32,000 nt of DNA, from assembly GCF_004376175.1 (NCBI RefSeq), contig NZ_SNUY01000035.1, forward strand, positions 1 to 32,000, written 5' to 3'. The notes beneath the pieces were generated by a model, which was not told the DNA's origin, ran no database searches, and was given only the letters and a program-made list of their open reading frames with translations. Below are positions 19,486 through 31,488 of the stretch, piece after piece. This DNA is from Halalkalibacterium halodurans (GTDB lineage: Bacteria > Bacillota > Bacilli > Bacillales > Bacillaceae_D). The position numbers and the translations under genes are program-made. Each line of letters starts with the position of its first letter. The stretch's first letter is position 1.

Positions 19486-19623
19486 TTATGCAGATAGCAC
19501 TTTTCTTCCTTTTTTCCGACGACGAGCTAATACTTTACGGCCATTTTTAGTGCTCATACGCGCACGAAAACCGTGTACTTTTTTACGTTTGCGGTTATTT
19601 GGTTGGAATGTTGGTTTTCCCAT
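19486..19623 (-). CDS. rpmH: 50S ribosomal protein L34
   Basis: Not in the ORF track because it is under 60 aa. Hand translation gives [45 protein letters not shown] (45 aa). SD GGGAGGTG lies upstream. Confidence 0.95.
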   Translation of the reverse strand: MGKPTFQPNNRKRKKVHGFRARMSTKNGRKVLARRRKKGRKVLSA

Positions 19624-19761
19624 TTATAACACCTCCCTGAGGACTTTGAGGATTTTGTCATCATCAAAAGACATTCTTGTAAATTATATGAAACGTCGGT
19701 TTCCTTGTCAAGATTCGTTTTTTGTAAATGACCTCCTTAGTCTATTTTACAACAACATCAC

Positions 19762-20070
19762 TGTGGATAACATCTATCCACACACAAATGCATGTCCTCA
19801 AACTTATCGACAGATTACACACATGATCTTGTGTTGTGGATAAAAAACAAACACAGCATATTGAACCTTGTGGATAAATAGCTAGAACCCTTGCAACTAC
19901 TTATTTTTTTTGCTAAGATATTCTTGTTTTACACGTGGATGCCTATTTTGAACGTCAATTATTATCCACACGCTGTGTATAACTTTGTGGACAGTTGTTT
20001 ACGAGCTTATCCACGCAGGTGTGATTCGTGTTCATTCGACGTTTTTCTACTATATTATATTCTATCCACA
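19762..20070. other. oriC upstream half (DnaA-box array between rpmH and dnaA)
   Basis: Perfect TTATCCACA boxes at 19762-19770(-), 19835-19843(-), 19869-19877(-) and 19962-19970(+). One-mismatch boxes at 19774-19782, 20007-20015 and 20062-20070. A two-mismatch box at 19986-19994. Confidence 0.85.
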
Positions 20071-20213
20071 TCGTTTTTCAGAATTTCATATTTATTCATC
20101 ACTATACACACTAGGTATACATACGTTGTACAGCCTAGTCTTTCTTTTCTTCTACTAACCTTATAAACAAATGGCTGCAGTTTATTTTTTTTAAGAATAG
20201 GAGGGAGCAACGG

Positions 20214-21563
20214 TTGGAAAATATCCATGATTTATGGGAGCGCGCCTTGAAATCGATGGAAAAAAAGGTGAGCAAACCGAGCTTCGAGACATGGTTAAAG
20301 CAAACAAAGGCAAACAGCATTGAAGATAGCACGATCATCATAACAGCACCAAATGAATTTGCTCGGGACTGGTTGGAGAAACATTACGACGAGCTCATTT
20401 CTGAAACAATTGATGATCTAACAGGTGTTCGCCTATATCCAAAGTTCGTCATTCCGACAAGTCAACTTGATGAACCTTTCGTTGAGCAAGAATTGAAAAA
20501 GCCGATGAAACAGCCTCCAGCACAAAATGGAGAAATGCCTAATAACATGCTCAATGACAAATACACATTCGATACGTTTGTCATCGGATCTGGCAACCGC
20601 TTCGCTCACGCAGCATCACTTGCGGTAGCGGAAGCTCCTGCAAAAGCATACAACCCACTTTTTATTTATGGTGGAGTCGGTCTGGGAAAAACCCACTTAA
20701 TGCACGCCATCGGACATTATGTGATGGATCATAACCCGAATGCGAAAGTCGTCTATTTGTCATCTGAGAAATTTACGAATGAATTTATTAATGCGATTCG
20801 TGACAACAAAGCGGTCAATTTCCGAAACAAATATCGAAATGTTGATGTGTTGCTGATTGACGATATTCAGTTTCTCGCAGGAAAAGAGCAAACACAGGAA
20901 GAGTTCTTCCATACGTTTAATGCGCTTCATGAAGATAACAAACAGATTGTCATCTCAAGCGATCGTCCTCCTAAGGAAATTCCAACGTTGGAAGATCGCT
21001 TGCGCTCTCGATTTGAGTGGGGCTTAATTACTGACATTACTCCACCAGATTTAGAAACGAGAATTGCGATTTTGCGGAAAAAGGCGAAGGCTGAAAACCT
21101 CGACATCCCAAATGAAGTGATGCTCTATATAGCCAATCAAATTGATACGAACATTCGTGAACTAGAGGGAGCGCTCATCCGCGTCGTCGCTTATTCATCC
21201 CTCATTAATCAGGATATGAATGCAGATCTAGCAGCAGAAGCATTGAAAGATATTATCCCAAATGCTAAGCCGCGCGTGTTGACAATTACCGATATTCAAA
21301 AAACTGTTGGCGAGTATTTCCATGTGAAACTCGAAGACTTTAAAGCGAAAAAACGAACAAAATCCGTTGCTTTCCCAAGGCAAATTGCCATGTATCTATC
21401 GAGGGAGCTAACGGATGCCTCCCTGCCGAAAATCGGAAGCGAATTTGGAGGCCGGGATCATACGACTGTCATTCATGCCCATGAAAAAATTTCAAAGCTT
21501 CTTTCAACAGACCAAGAATTACAGGATAAAATCCAAGAGATTAGCGACAAGCTACGCTCATAG
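20214..21563 (+). CDS. dnaA: chromosomal replication initiator protein DnaA
   Basis: Starts [12 protein letters not shown]...; Walker [16 protein letters not shown]; C-terminal DNA-binding helix [18 protein letters not shown] start with SD AGGAGGG 8 nt upstream. Confidence 0.98.
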   Translation: MENIHDLWERALKSMEKKVSKPSFETWLKQTKANSIEDSTIIITAPNEFARDWLEKHYDELISETIDDLTGVRLYPKFVIPTSQLDEPFVEQELKKPMKQPPAQNGEMPNNMLNDKYTFDTFVIGSGNRFAHAASLAVAEAPAKAYNPLFIYGGVGLGKTHLMHAIGHYVMDHNPNAKVVYLSSEKFTNEFINAIRDNKAVNFRNKYRNVDVLLIDDIQFLAGKEQTQEEFFHTFNALHEDNKQIVISSDRPPKEIPTLEDRLRSRFEWGLITDITPPDLETRIAILRKKAKAENLDIPNEVMLYIANQIDTNIRELEGALIRVVAYSSLINQDMNADLAAEALKDIIPNAKPRVLTITDIQKTVGEYFHVKLEDFKAKKRTKSVAFPRQIAMYLSRELTDASLPKIGSEFGGRDHTTVIHAHEKISKLLSTDQELQDKIQEISDKLRS

Positions 21564-21566
21564 ATT

Positions 21567-21720
21567 TGTGGGGAATGTGAATGAATCGTTCGCACTTTTG
21601 CACAGATTATCCACATGTGCAAAACTAGTAAAATAACGTTTTTTCTCTTGTTATCCACAAACTCACAAGCCCTATTACTAGTACTTCTATATTTAAATAT
21701 AAATAGATTAATAATAAAAG
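21567..21720. other. oriC downstream half: DnaA boxes, DnaA-trio-like run and AT-rich DNA unwinding element
   Basis: Perfect TTATCCACA at 21607-21615 and 21651-21659. Then the GC cluster aGCCC, TAT TAC TAG TAC TTC TAT (about 21673-21690), and an AT-only tract to about 21718. This is the same layout as the B. subtilis dnaA-dnaN region. Confidence 0.8.
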
Positions 21721-21733
21721 GAGTCTTATTACG

Positions 21734-22876
21734 ATGCATTTTGTCATTGACCGAGACATTTTTGTCCAAAATGTCAATCACGTATCAAAAGCTGTCAGTT
21801 CACGGACAACGATTCCGATTTTAACAGGAATTAAAATTGTTGCAGATCATGAAGGGGTTACGCTCACAGGTAGCGATTCTGATATTTCGATTGAAACGTT
21901 CATCCCTCTGGAAGAAGGGGATCGTCAAAATGTTGAAGTTAAACAAGAAGGGAGTATTGTCCTTCAAGCGAAAGTCTTTGCAGAGATTGTCAAAAAGCTC
22001 CCGGAACAAGAAATTGAAATTCATGTTCAAGATTCATTTGTTACAACGATTCGATCTGGTTCTTCCGTCTTTAATTTAAACGGCTTAGACCCAGATGAAT
22101 ATCCTAGGCTTCCTGTACTAGAGGAAGATCACGTCTTTCGACTTCCGCAAAAAATTTTAAAAGACATCATTCGACAAACTGTGTTTGCTGTGTCCGCTCA
22201 GGAAACACGACCAGTGTTGACAGGTGTGAACTTTGAAATAGAAGACGGCATTCTCACCTGTACTGCAACAGATAGCCACCGCTTGGCGATGCGCAAAGTT
22301 CCGGTAGAAAAAAACGATGACGAGTTGCAATTTTCAAACGTCGTTATCCCTGGAAAAAGCTTGAATGAATTGAGCAAAATTTTAGATGAAAATGAAGAGC
22401 TACTTGATATTGTCGTAACAGAAAATCAAACCCTTTTTAAGTTAAAAAACATGTTATTTTTCTCTAGATTGCTTGAAGGAAAGTACCCTGTGACGAAAAA
22501 TATGATTCCGAAAGAAGCAAAAACATCATTCGCTGTTCATACAAAGGCCTTTTTACAAACGTTAGAGCGTGCTCTTCTCCTTTCGAGAGAGGGTAAAAAC
22601 CAAGTGATTAACTTAAAAACATTAGGAGATGGTGTCGTAGAAGTTACGGCGATTACACCTGAAATTGGAAAAGTAACTGAAAATGTGGCGACTCAAGGCT
22701 TAGAAGGGGAAGAATTAAGAATTTCGTTCAACGGGAAAAATGTCATTGATGCGCTTAAAGTCGTTGACTCTGAAAGCATCCATATTGCGTTTACCGGTGC
22801 GATGAGTCCATTTGTATTAAGCCCAACCGATCACGATCAATCACTTCATCTTTTCTCACCTGTGCGCACGTACTAG
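21734..22876 (+). CDS. dnaN: DNA polymerase III beta sliding clamp
   Basis: 380 aa with the typical clamp N-terminus (MHFVIDRDIFVQNVNHVSKAVSSRTTIPILTGIKI), directly after dnaA. Confidence 0.97.
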   Translation: MHFVIDRDIFVQNVNHVSKAVSSRTTIPILTGIKIVADHEGVTLTGSDSDISIETFIPLEEGDRQNVEVKQEGSIVLQAKVFAEIVKKLPEQEIEIHVQDSFVTTIRSGSSVFNLNGLDPDEYPRLPVLEEDHVFRLPQKILKDIIRQTVFAVSAQETRPVLTGVNFEIEDGILTCTATDSHRLAMRKVPVEKNDDELQFSNVVIPGKSLNELSKILDENEELLDIVVTENQTLFKLKNMLFFSRLLEGKYPVTKNMIPKEAKTSFAVHTKAFLQTLERALLLSREGKNQVINLKTLGDGVVEVTAITPEIGKVTENVATQGLEGEELRISFNGKNVIDALKVVDSESIHIAFTGAMSPFVLSPTDHDQSLHLFSPVRTY

Positions 22877-22983
22877 GGAATCGTCCGCGCCAGTAGAGGA
22901 ATAGAAGGAAAGGTATTGGCGAGCGCTCAATAGTTTAGTACAATAGAAAAAGAGACAAACGGTTAGATCATAACGGACACAAG

Positions 22984-23022
22984 TAAGACAGCACTTCGAC
23001 TGGAATGCTGTCTTATCTTTGC
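22984..23022 (+). terminator. terminator downstream of dnaN
   Basis: TAAGACAGCA-loop-TGCTGTCTTA followed by TCTTTGC. Confidence 0.6.
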
Positions 23023-23059
23023 TAATGAGGCATTTGTCACGAAGAAAGCGAGGTCAATC

Positions 23060-23281
23060 ATGTCACAACAACTACCAATAACCACATCGTACATTACGTT
23101 AGGTCAGCTGTTAAAAGAGGTCGGAGTGATTGATACAGGTGGAATGGCGAAATGGTATCTCGCCGAACACGAAGTATTGGTCAATGGAGAGTCTGAGGAT
23201 AGACGAGGGAAAAAGCTCTTCTCAGGGGATTCCGTTACGCTGGCTGATGGGACTGTCATCGATTTGGTTGATGCGGAATAG
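23060..23281 (+). CDS. yaaA: S4-domain RNA-binding protein YaaA (RlbA)
   Basis: 73-aa protein. [23 protein letters not shown]...VLVNGE is an S4 fold. It occupies the conserved slot between dnaN and recF. Confidence 0.85.
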   Translation: MSQQLPITTSYITLGQLLKEVGVIDTGGMAKWYLAEHEVLVNGESEDRRGKKLFSGDSVTLADGTVIDLVDAE

Positions 23282-23292
23282 AGGGTACGAAC

Positions 23293-24408
23293 GTGCACAT
23301 TGAGCGATTAACGCTAAAGCAGTTTCGTAATTATGATGAACTCGACGTATCGTTTGAACCGAACGTAAATGTGATCATCGGTGAAAATGCTCAAGGGAAG
23401 ACGAATGTGATTGAGGCGATTTATTTTTTAGCACTGGCGAAATCACATCGCACCGCTCGTGACAAGGAGCTCATTCAGTGGGAAGCACCTTTTGCAAGAA
23501 TCGAGGGGGCGTTTCAAAAACAGAACGGTCCACTTTCGTTACATGTTGTCCTTTCAGGAAAAGGGAAAAAAGTAAAGGTTAACGGACTTGAACAACGGAG
23601 GCTAAGTGATTACATCGGTGCCGTAAACGTCGTCATGTTCGGCCCAGAAGATTTGAATCTCGTGAAAGGTAGTCCGCAAATTAGGCGGCGCTTTCTCGAC
23701 ATGGAGTTAGGCCAAATGAGCCCTGTTTATTTACATCAGCTCGCAATGTACCAAAAAATCCTTTTACAGCGTAACCATTTGTTAAAGCAGCTCTTTGGCA
23801 AAGCGAATTCTGCCCCGATGCTCGACGTACTCACAGACCAACTGATTGAAGTAGCTGTAGAGGTGACGAAAAAGCGGTTTGAATTCATTCAACTGCTCCA
23901 ACGATGGGCGGAAGAAATCCATCAGGCCATTTCTAGAGGGAAAGAGAAACTAGTGATTACGTATGAACCGTCCGTTCACGTATCAGAACAGTTGAATTTG
24001 TCGAAACTAAGAGAAGGATTCTATGAGGCGTACGAACAAAAGAAAGAGCGAGAACGACAAAGGGGAACGACATTATTCGGACCGCACCGGGATGACCTTG
24101 TGTTTTTTGTGAATGACAAGGACGTTCAGACGTACGGCTCCCAAGGTCAACAACGGACGACGGCTCTCTCCTTAAAGCTAGCAGAAATTGAATTGATGAA
24201 AGAGACGATTGGGGACTACCCGATCTTACTGTTAGATGATGTGTTATCAGAGCTTGATGATTACCGGCAATCCCATTTGCTCCATGCGATTCAACATCGA
24301 GTACAAACGTTCGTGACAACGACAAATGTGGATGGGATTGATCATCAAACCTTACAGGAAGCAACGATCTATGAAGTAGAGCAAGGGTCGTTGAAAAAGA
24401 AGGGATAG
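23293..24408 (+). CDS. recF: DNA replication and repair protein RecF
   Basis: Starts [14 protein letters not shown]; Walker [10 protein letters not shown]; signature SQGQQRT; Walker [15 protein letters not shown] start. Confidence 0.96.
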   Translation: MHIERLTLKQFRNYDELDVSFEPNVNVIIGENAQGKTNVIEAIYFLALAKSHRTARDKELIQWEAPFARIEGAFQKQNGPLSLHVVLSGKGKKVKVNGLEQRRLSDYIGAVNVVMFGPEDLNLVKGSPQIRRRFLDMELGQMSPVYLHQLAMYQKILLQRNHLLKQLFGKANSAPMLDVLTDQLIEVAVEVTKKRFEFIQLLQRWAEEIHQAISRGKEKLVITYEPSVHVSEQLNLSKLREGFYEAYEQKKERERQRGTTLFGPHRDDLVFFVNDKDVQTYGSQGQQRTTALSLKLAEIELMKETIGDYPILLLDDVLSELDDYRQSHLLHAIQHRVQTFVTTTNVDGIDHQTLQEATIYEVEQGSLKKKG

Positions 24409-24418
24409 GTGATAGCTC

Positions 24419-24688
24419 GTGTTTATTCATTTAGGCGGAGATCATGTCATTCGATCAAAAGACGTGATCGCGATTTTAGATCGTGATATGGAGCAGTCCT
24501 CGGGTGTGACGAAGGAGTATTTAGAGCATCACCAAAAGAATGGGAATATTGTTACGATATCATCTGATCTTATTAAATCGATCGTCGTTACACCAGATAC
24601 GATCTATTACTCGCCGATTTCATCGGTTACGCTAAAACGTCGATCTCATGCCGTTTCAGAGCTTGATCGTTTTGGAGAAGAGGAATAA
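24419..24688 (+). CDS. remB: DUF370 protein (YaaB/RemB-like)
   Basis: 89-aa protein starting MFIHLGGDHVIRSKDVIAILD, in the conserved slot between recF and gyrB. GTG start. Confidence 0.85.
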   Translation: MFIHLGGDHVIRSKDVIAILDRDMEQSSGVTKEYLEHHQKNGNIVTISSDLIKSIVVTPDTIYYSPISSVTLKRRSHAVSELDRFGEEE

Positions 24689-24754
24689 GGTGCTCATTTG
24701 CAAGTGATAAGAGAAATAACTGAACGCATGTATGCGTAGTGGAAGCGAAGGTGA

Positions 24755-26674
<1,920 letters not shown>

Positions 26675-26695
26675 CGGGGAGATGGAGGTTTAAAA

Positions 26696-29197
26696 ATGGC
26701 AGAGCAAGATCAATCAAGAGTAAAAGAAATCAATATTAGTCAAGAGATGAAGACATCGTTCATGGATTATGCCATGAGTGTTATTGTGAGCCGTGCTCTC
26801 CCCGATGTGCGAGATGGAATGAAGCCTGTACATCGTCGGATTTTATATGCCATGAATGAGCTCGGGATGACATCCGATAAGGCATACAAAAAGTCAGCTC
26901 GAATCGTCGGTGAAGTCATCGGGAAATATCATCCGCATGGTGATTCAGCGGTCTATGAAACGATGGTGCGGATGGCGCAAGATTTTAGCTATCGCTACAT
27001 GCTTGTCGATGGTCACGGTAACTTCGGTTCGATTGATGGGGATGCGGCTGCCGCGATGCGTTATACGGAAGCGCGGATGTCGAAGATTTCCATGGAACTC
27101 GTGCGAGACATTAATAAAGACACGATCGATTATCAAGATAACTATGACGGATCGGAAAAAGAGCCAGTTGTCATGCCGTCTAGATTCCCGAATTTACTTG
27201 TTAATGGTGCTTCTGGAATTGCAGTGGGAATGGCTACCAATATTCCACCACACCAATTAGGTGAAGTGATCGATGGTGTTCTTGCTTTAAGTAAAAACCC
27301 AGACATTAGTGTGCCTGAATTGATGGAACATATTCCTGGTCCTGATTTTCCGACAGGTGCTGAAATTCTTGGCCGCTCCGGTATTCGTAAAGCGTATCAG
27401 ACGGGTCGTGGATCGATCACTCTCCGTGCGAAGACAGAGATTGAAGAGCATCATGGGAAACAGCGAATCATTGTTCATGAAATTCCATACCAGGTAAACA
27501 AAGCGAAGTTAATTGAAAAAATAGCCGAACTCGTACGTGACAAAAAAATTGACGGCATCACCGATTTACGGGATGAGTCAGACCGTAACGGGATGCGGAT
27601 CGTCATTGAAGTCCGAAAAGATGCCAATGCCAACGTGCTGTTAAATAACTTATACAAGCAAACAGCTTTACAAACGAGCTTTGGGATCAATTTACTCGCG
27701 CTCGTCGATGGCCAGCCGAAAGTATTAAACTTGAAAGAGTGCCTCGAGCATTACCTTGCTCATCAAGTCATCGTGATTCGTCGTCGCACGGCTTTTGAGC
27801 TTCGGAAGGCAGAGGCCCGGGCCCATATTTTAGAAGGATTACGCATAGCATTAGATCATCTCGATGAAGTGATTTCACTCATCCGCAGCTCACAAACAAC
27901 GGAAATCGCTCGTAACGGTTTAATGGAGCGTTTCGAACTAAGCTATGAACAAGCACAAGCGATCCTTGATATGAGGCTCCAACGATTAACCGGATTAGAA
28001 CGGGATAAAATCGAAGCGGAGTACAAAGAGCTTATCGAGCGAATTGCTGAGCTAAAGGCGATTTTAGCTGATCACGAAAAAGTGTTAGACATTATTCGTG
28101 AGGAGCTGCTTGAATTAAAGGAAAAATACAATGATGAACGGAAAACGGCCATTTCCGCAAGTGAGGATATGTTTGAGGATGAGGACTTGATTCCTCGCCA
28201 AAACGTGGTCATCACATTGACTCATCATGGCTATATCAAACGTTTGCCGATTTCGACGTACCGTAGTCAAAAGCGGGGCGGTCGCGGAATTCAGGGGATG
28301 GGAACGAACGAGGATGACTTTGTTCAACACTTGTTTACAACGAACTCCCACCATACGATTTTATTCTTTACGAACAAAGGGAAAGTCTATCGTCTAAAAG
28401 GATATGAAATTCCTGAACTCGGGCGGACAGCAAAAGGAATTCCGATTATCAACTTGCTGCAAATTGAACAAGACGAGTATATTAGCACCATTATTCCGAT
28501 TGAAGAGTTTACGGAGGATCATTATCTCTTCTTTATGACGAAAGATGGGATTGCGAAACGCACCCAGTTATCGTCGTTTGCCAATATTCGACGTGGCGGA
28601 CTGTTTGCGATTAACTTGCGTGAAGGAGATGAGCTCCACGGTGTTCGTTTAACGAACGGTGACAAGGAGGTCATTGTTGGGACACGACAAGGAATGGCGA
28701 TTCGCTTCCACGAGACCGATGTCCGTTTGATGGGACGTACGGCCACTGGGGTCAAAGGGATATCCCTCACAGGAGACGACCATGTCGTAGGAATGGATAT
28801 TGTCGAGGATGGTCAAGATGTATTGATTGTTACCGAGAAAGGGTTTGGTAAACGGACGCCAATCGCCGATTACCGGATTCAAACTCGTGGCGGTAAAGGA
28901 ATTAAGACGTGCAACATTACAGAAAAGAATGGCCCGCTCGTATCATTGAAGGTAGTATCGGTGGATCATGACCTCATGATCATTACAGCTAGCGGCATCA
29001 TCATTCGTCTACATGTTAAAGATATTTCTGTCACTGGACGGATTACCCAAGGAGTCACGTTGATTCGTGTAGCTGAGGGGGAAGAGGTTGCAACAGTTGC
29101 TCGTGTCGATATCGAAGACGATGAGCTAGATGAAGATGAGTCGATCGAAGAGGAACGTGATGATCAAAGTGAAGTAGAACAAGGTGAGAATGAGTAA
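26696..29197 (+). CDS. gyrA: DNA gyrase subunit A
   Basis: QRDR region [30 protein letters not shown], active-site [11 protein letters not shown], and a GyrA-box-like [10 protein letters not shown]. 833 aa with an acidic C-terminal tail. Confidence 0.98.
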   Translation: MAEQDQSRVKEINISQEMKTSFMDYAMSVIVSRALPDVRDGMKPVHRRILYAMNELGMTSDKAYKKSARIVGEVIGKYHPHGDSAVYETMVRMAQDFSYRYMLVDGHGNFGSIDGDAAAAMRYTEARMSKISMELVRDINKDTIDYQDNYDGSEKEPVVMPSRFPNLLVNGASGIAVGMATNIPPHQLGEVIDGVLALSKNPDISVPELMEHIPGPDFPTGAEILGRSGIRKAYQTGRGSITLRAKTEIEEHHGKQRIIVHEIPYQVNKAKLIEKIAELVRDKKIDGITDLRDESDRNGMRIVIEVRKDANANVLLNNLYKQTALQTSFGINLLALVDGQPKVLNLKECLEHYLAHQVIVIRRRTAFELRKAEARAHILEGLRIALDHLDEVISLIRSSQTTEIARNGLMERFELSYEQAQAILDMRLQRLTGLERDKIEAEYKELIERIAELKAILADHEKVLDIIREELLELKEKYNDERKTAISASEDMFEDEDLIPRQNVVITLTHHGYIKRLPISTYRSQKRGGRGIQGMGTNEDDFVQHLFTTNSHHTILFFTNKGKVYRLKGYEIPELGRTAKGIPIINLLQIEQDEYISTIIPIEEFTEDHYLFFMTKDGIAKRTQLSSFANIRRGGLFAINLREGDELHGVRLTNGDKEVIVGTRQGMAIRFHETDVRLMGRTATGVKGISLTGDDHVVGMDIVEDGQDVLIVTEKGFGKRTPIADYRIQTRGGKGIKTCNITEKNGPLVSLKVVSVDHDLMIITASGIIIRLHVKDISVTGRITQGVTLIRVAEGEEVATVARVDIEDDELDEDESIEEERDDQSEVEQGENE

Positions 29198-29202
29198 AAC
29201 AA

Positions 29203-29242
29203 AGGTACCTGTACGTCTATGGACGCGCAGGCACCTTTTTTG
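29203..29242 (+). terminator. rho-independent terminator downstream of gyrA
   Basis: AGGTACCTG...CAGGCACCT hairpin followed by TTTTTTG. Confidence 0.7.
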
Positions 29243-29392
29243 TCTTCAAAAAGGGAACAAGCGGCAGGGAGCTAGTAATAACAGACTTCACATAGAATTA
29301 GGTATTTTTACTCAATCTATAAGTCCTAAAAAGATAGACTTTTCTCTCTTTATCTAGGTATAATGGTTTAAAAGTGTAAAGGTGAGATTAAC

Positions 29393-30475
29393 GTGAAGGT
29401 TAAATTGAACCAACTCGTTCCAGGTTGCATCGTCTTGAAACCAATTATGGCAGAAACAACGACTCCTCTTTATAAAGAGAAAACAGTTCTAACAGCGGAA
29501 GATATCCAAACCCTTTCGAAATTCCTAATAGATGAAATTGAAGTGGAGAACGTACTTGCGAATGGGGAAAAGTTTATCCCTTCCGATAACGGCTTAGGGG
29601 CCGAGGCAGCTGCCCTAATGGAAACAGGTGATCGCTTTAAGGATCGTTACATGCAAGCTGTCGCTAACTATAAGCAAGTATTTCAGGAGTGGGCAGCTGG
29701 GACCCCTGTAGAGATGAAACGTGTTCGCCACATCTTGTTACCTTTGTTTGAAGAAATCGTAGAGAAAAAAGAAGTGTTGCTTCAACTTCATCACTACAGC
29801 ACGAAAGAAGATTATTTGTATCATCATGCAGTATCCGTTGGACTTCTCTCAGCGTTTCTCGGTGCCAAGTTAGGTTATGAGAAAGGGGAATGGCTAAAAA
29901 TAGCGTTAGCTGGAGCACTTGCAGACTGTGGAATGGCAAAGTTACCGACGTCTCTTTTGACGAAAAACGGATTATATACACTGAAAGAAAAGCATGAAAT
30001 GCGTGATCATCCGAAATACAGTTATCAAATGTTGAAAAAGAGGCCTGGAATCGATGGTTCCCTTTTGTCAGCAGTATTACAGCATCATGAACGAGAAGAC
30101 GGCACAGGATACCCTCTTGGCGTAAGAGGACAAAAAATTCATTTTTACGCTCAAATTCTTGCAGTAGCAGATGTCTATCATGCCATGATCTCGGAGCGAA
30201 AGTATCGGAAAAAGAAATCACCCTATATGGTGTTGGAGGATCTCGCAAAGGAGCGATTCGGCAAGTTCAATCCTCATATTGTCCATGTTCTCGTATCTCA
30301 GTTAACCCAGCTTTCGGTTCGGACAAGTGTACGCTTAACCAATAATCGTCTCGGTGAAATCGTCTTTATCGACCCGATGGCACCAACTCGTCCGATGGTA
30401 CAATTGCAAAATGGTGAGATGATTTATTTAATGAAAAATTATACTGTGCACATAGAGGATGTGCTTCTTTCATGA
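29393..30475 (+). CDS. HD-GYP-domain protein with a degenerate HD dyad
   Basis: HHEREDGTGYP (residues 231-241) and the flanking HD-superfamily histidines are present. At the position where HD-GYP proteins carry LHDIGK the sequence is LADCGMAK (residues 177-178 = AD, nt 29921-29926). GTG start with SD AAAGGTGA 7 nt upstream. Confidence 0.8.
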   Translation: MKVKLNQLVPGCIVLKPIMAETTTPLYKEKTVLTAEDIQTLSKFLIDEIEVENVLANGEKFIPSDNGLGAEAAALMETGDRFKDRYMQAVANYKQVFQEWAAGTPVEMKRVRHILLPLFEEIVEKKEVLLQLHHYSTKEDYLYHHAVSVGLLSAFLGAKLGYEKGEWLKIALAGALADCGMAKLPTSLLTKNGLYTLKEKHEMRDHPKYSYQMLKKRPGIDGSLLSAVLQHHEREDGTGYPLGVRGQKIHFYAQILAVADVYHAMISERKYRKKKSPYMVLEDLAKERFGKFNPHIVHVLVSQLTQLSVRTSVRLTNNRLGEIVFIDPMAPTRPMVQLQNGEMIYLMKNYTVHIEDVLLS

Positions 30476-30491
30476 TCATAGGGTTAGAACA

Positions 30492-30531
30492 AAACGAAGA
30501 CTGACGCAACTAGCATGAAGTCAGTCTTCGT
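30492..30531. terminator. hairpin terminator between the convergent HD-GYP and DUF4429-SHOCT genes
   Basis: 13-bp perfect stem AACGAAGACTGAC / GTCAGTCTTCGTT. A T-rich run (TTGTTCT) follows on the minus strand. Confidence 0.7.
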
Positions 30532-30599
30532 TGTTAGCATAGAATATTGAGTAACGATTAAGTGCATCTATGTCTCTGATGTTACTAAAGGAGTTTTCT

Positions 30600-31409
30600 T
30601 TATATGCCAAGGATTTGCTTCTTTTTAGCGTTAAATTCTTCTTCGGAAATGATGCCATCATCCAGTAGTTCTTTATATTTTTTAAGCTCATCAGCACCAG
30701 AGGTAGACGATGATTGAATTTGCGGCGCATACAATTGGTTTTGGTACGATTCAATCAAAGCCTTTGCCCTTTTAAAGTCTTCGAATTGAGCATCATTAGC
30801 AATGCTAATTGTATTTTGATCATCGAGTGCATTGAAGGTGCTCCTGCTTTGATTTTCAAGCGACCCTTGGAACGTAAACTGGATATATCCAACTGTTATT
30901 TTTCCCATTTTTTTTAATTGGATGCTACTAATTGAACGAATACTTATCGTCTTTTCTCCTCGACCTCTCCTATGGAGCCAATTATAAATAATCTTTATTG
31001 CCTCAGGTGTAACGATTAACGTCCCATTCTTCCCTTCAAAAACATCCTCTCGCCATCCTTCTCCTTTTTCGTTTTGTTCACTTACTAGTTTTTGCTCATG
31101 TTGGAACGATTCTATTAATGCTTTTGCCTGTTCGAACTGTTTATATTGGGCTTCATCATTGATCATGATCGAATGTTCATCACCCATTGCAGCCAATGCA
31201 CCTTTTTTCTTTTTCGAGCCCTCTAGAATAAGTTGAATGTACCCTTGTGCCAAAAACCTTGGCTTTTTAAGCTCTATGCTCTGAATAGACTCAAGGATAA
31301 TCTCCTTTTCGCCTTCCCCTTTAGAGTGTCGATTGCCGTAGATGATTTTCACTGTTTCGGGGGTAACGACTATTGCTCCGTTCCAGCCTTCAAACATTTG
31401 TTCACTCAA
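30600..31409 (-). CDS. uncharacterised protein: two tandem DUF4429-like (bacterial PH-like) repeats plus a C-terminal SHOCT domain
   Basis: Internal duplication: residues 6-65 versus 124-183 are identical at 32 of 60 positions by hand count, and AKALIES recurs at 95-101 and 215-221. The C-terminal DELKKYKELLDDGIISEEEFNAKKKQILGI is SHOCT-like. TTG start with SD GGAGG 7 nt upstream. Confidence 0.75.
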   Translation of the reverse strand: MSEQMFEGWNGAIVVTPETVKIIYGNRHSKGEGEKEIILESIQSIELKKPRFLAQGYIQLILEGSKKKKGALAAMGDEHSIMINDEAQYKQFEQAKALIESFQHEQKLVSEQNEKGEGWREDVFEGKNGTLIVTPEAIKIIYNWLHRRGRGEKTISIRSISSIQLKKMGKITVGYIQFTFQGSLENQSRSTFNALDDQNTISIANDAQFEDFKRAKALIESYQNQLYAPQIQSSSTSGADELKKYKELLDDGIISEEEFNAKKKQILGI

Positions 31410-31488
31410 AGGAATTCCTCCTCTGCATCATTTCTCTATTTTTAATACTAACATATCTTGCATTTTTTAGATTGAATGATCTGATCGT

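Noticed and set aside
19550-20166. Two plus-strand ORFs (19550-19843, 97 aa; 19891-20166, 91 aa) in the rpmH-dnaA spacer.
   Set aside because: The region is the DnaA-box array of oriC. The ORFs overlap rpmH or the boxes, have no SD and give Cys/Phe/Tyr-rich nonsense-like translations.
29198-29392. The expectation of an rRNA operon or tRNA genes directly after gyrA, as in B. subtilis rrnO.
   Set aside because: No 16S/23S/5S-like or tRNA-like sequence is present anywhere in the window. The gap holds only the gyrA terminator and a plausible promoter (TATAAT at about 29359-29364) for the HD-GYP gene.
29664-30248. 194-aa ORF antisense to the HD-GYP gene. Similar long antisense ORFs occur at 23957-24430 (recF), 17855-18286 (jag), 19134-19550 (rnpA/rpmH), 3209-3655 (rpsR/ssb) and 5026-5379 (ychF).
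   Set aside because: All lie fully inside well-supported conserved genes on the opposite strand, lack SD sequences and have low-complexity or odd composition. They are typical shadow ORFs.
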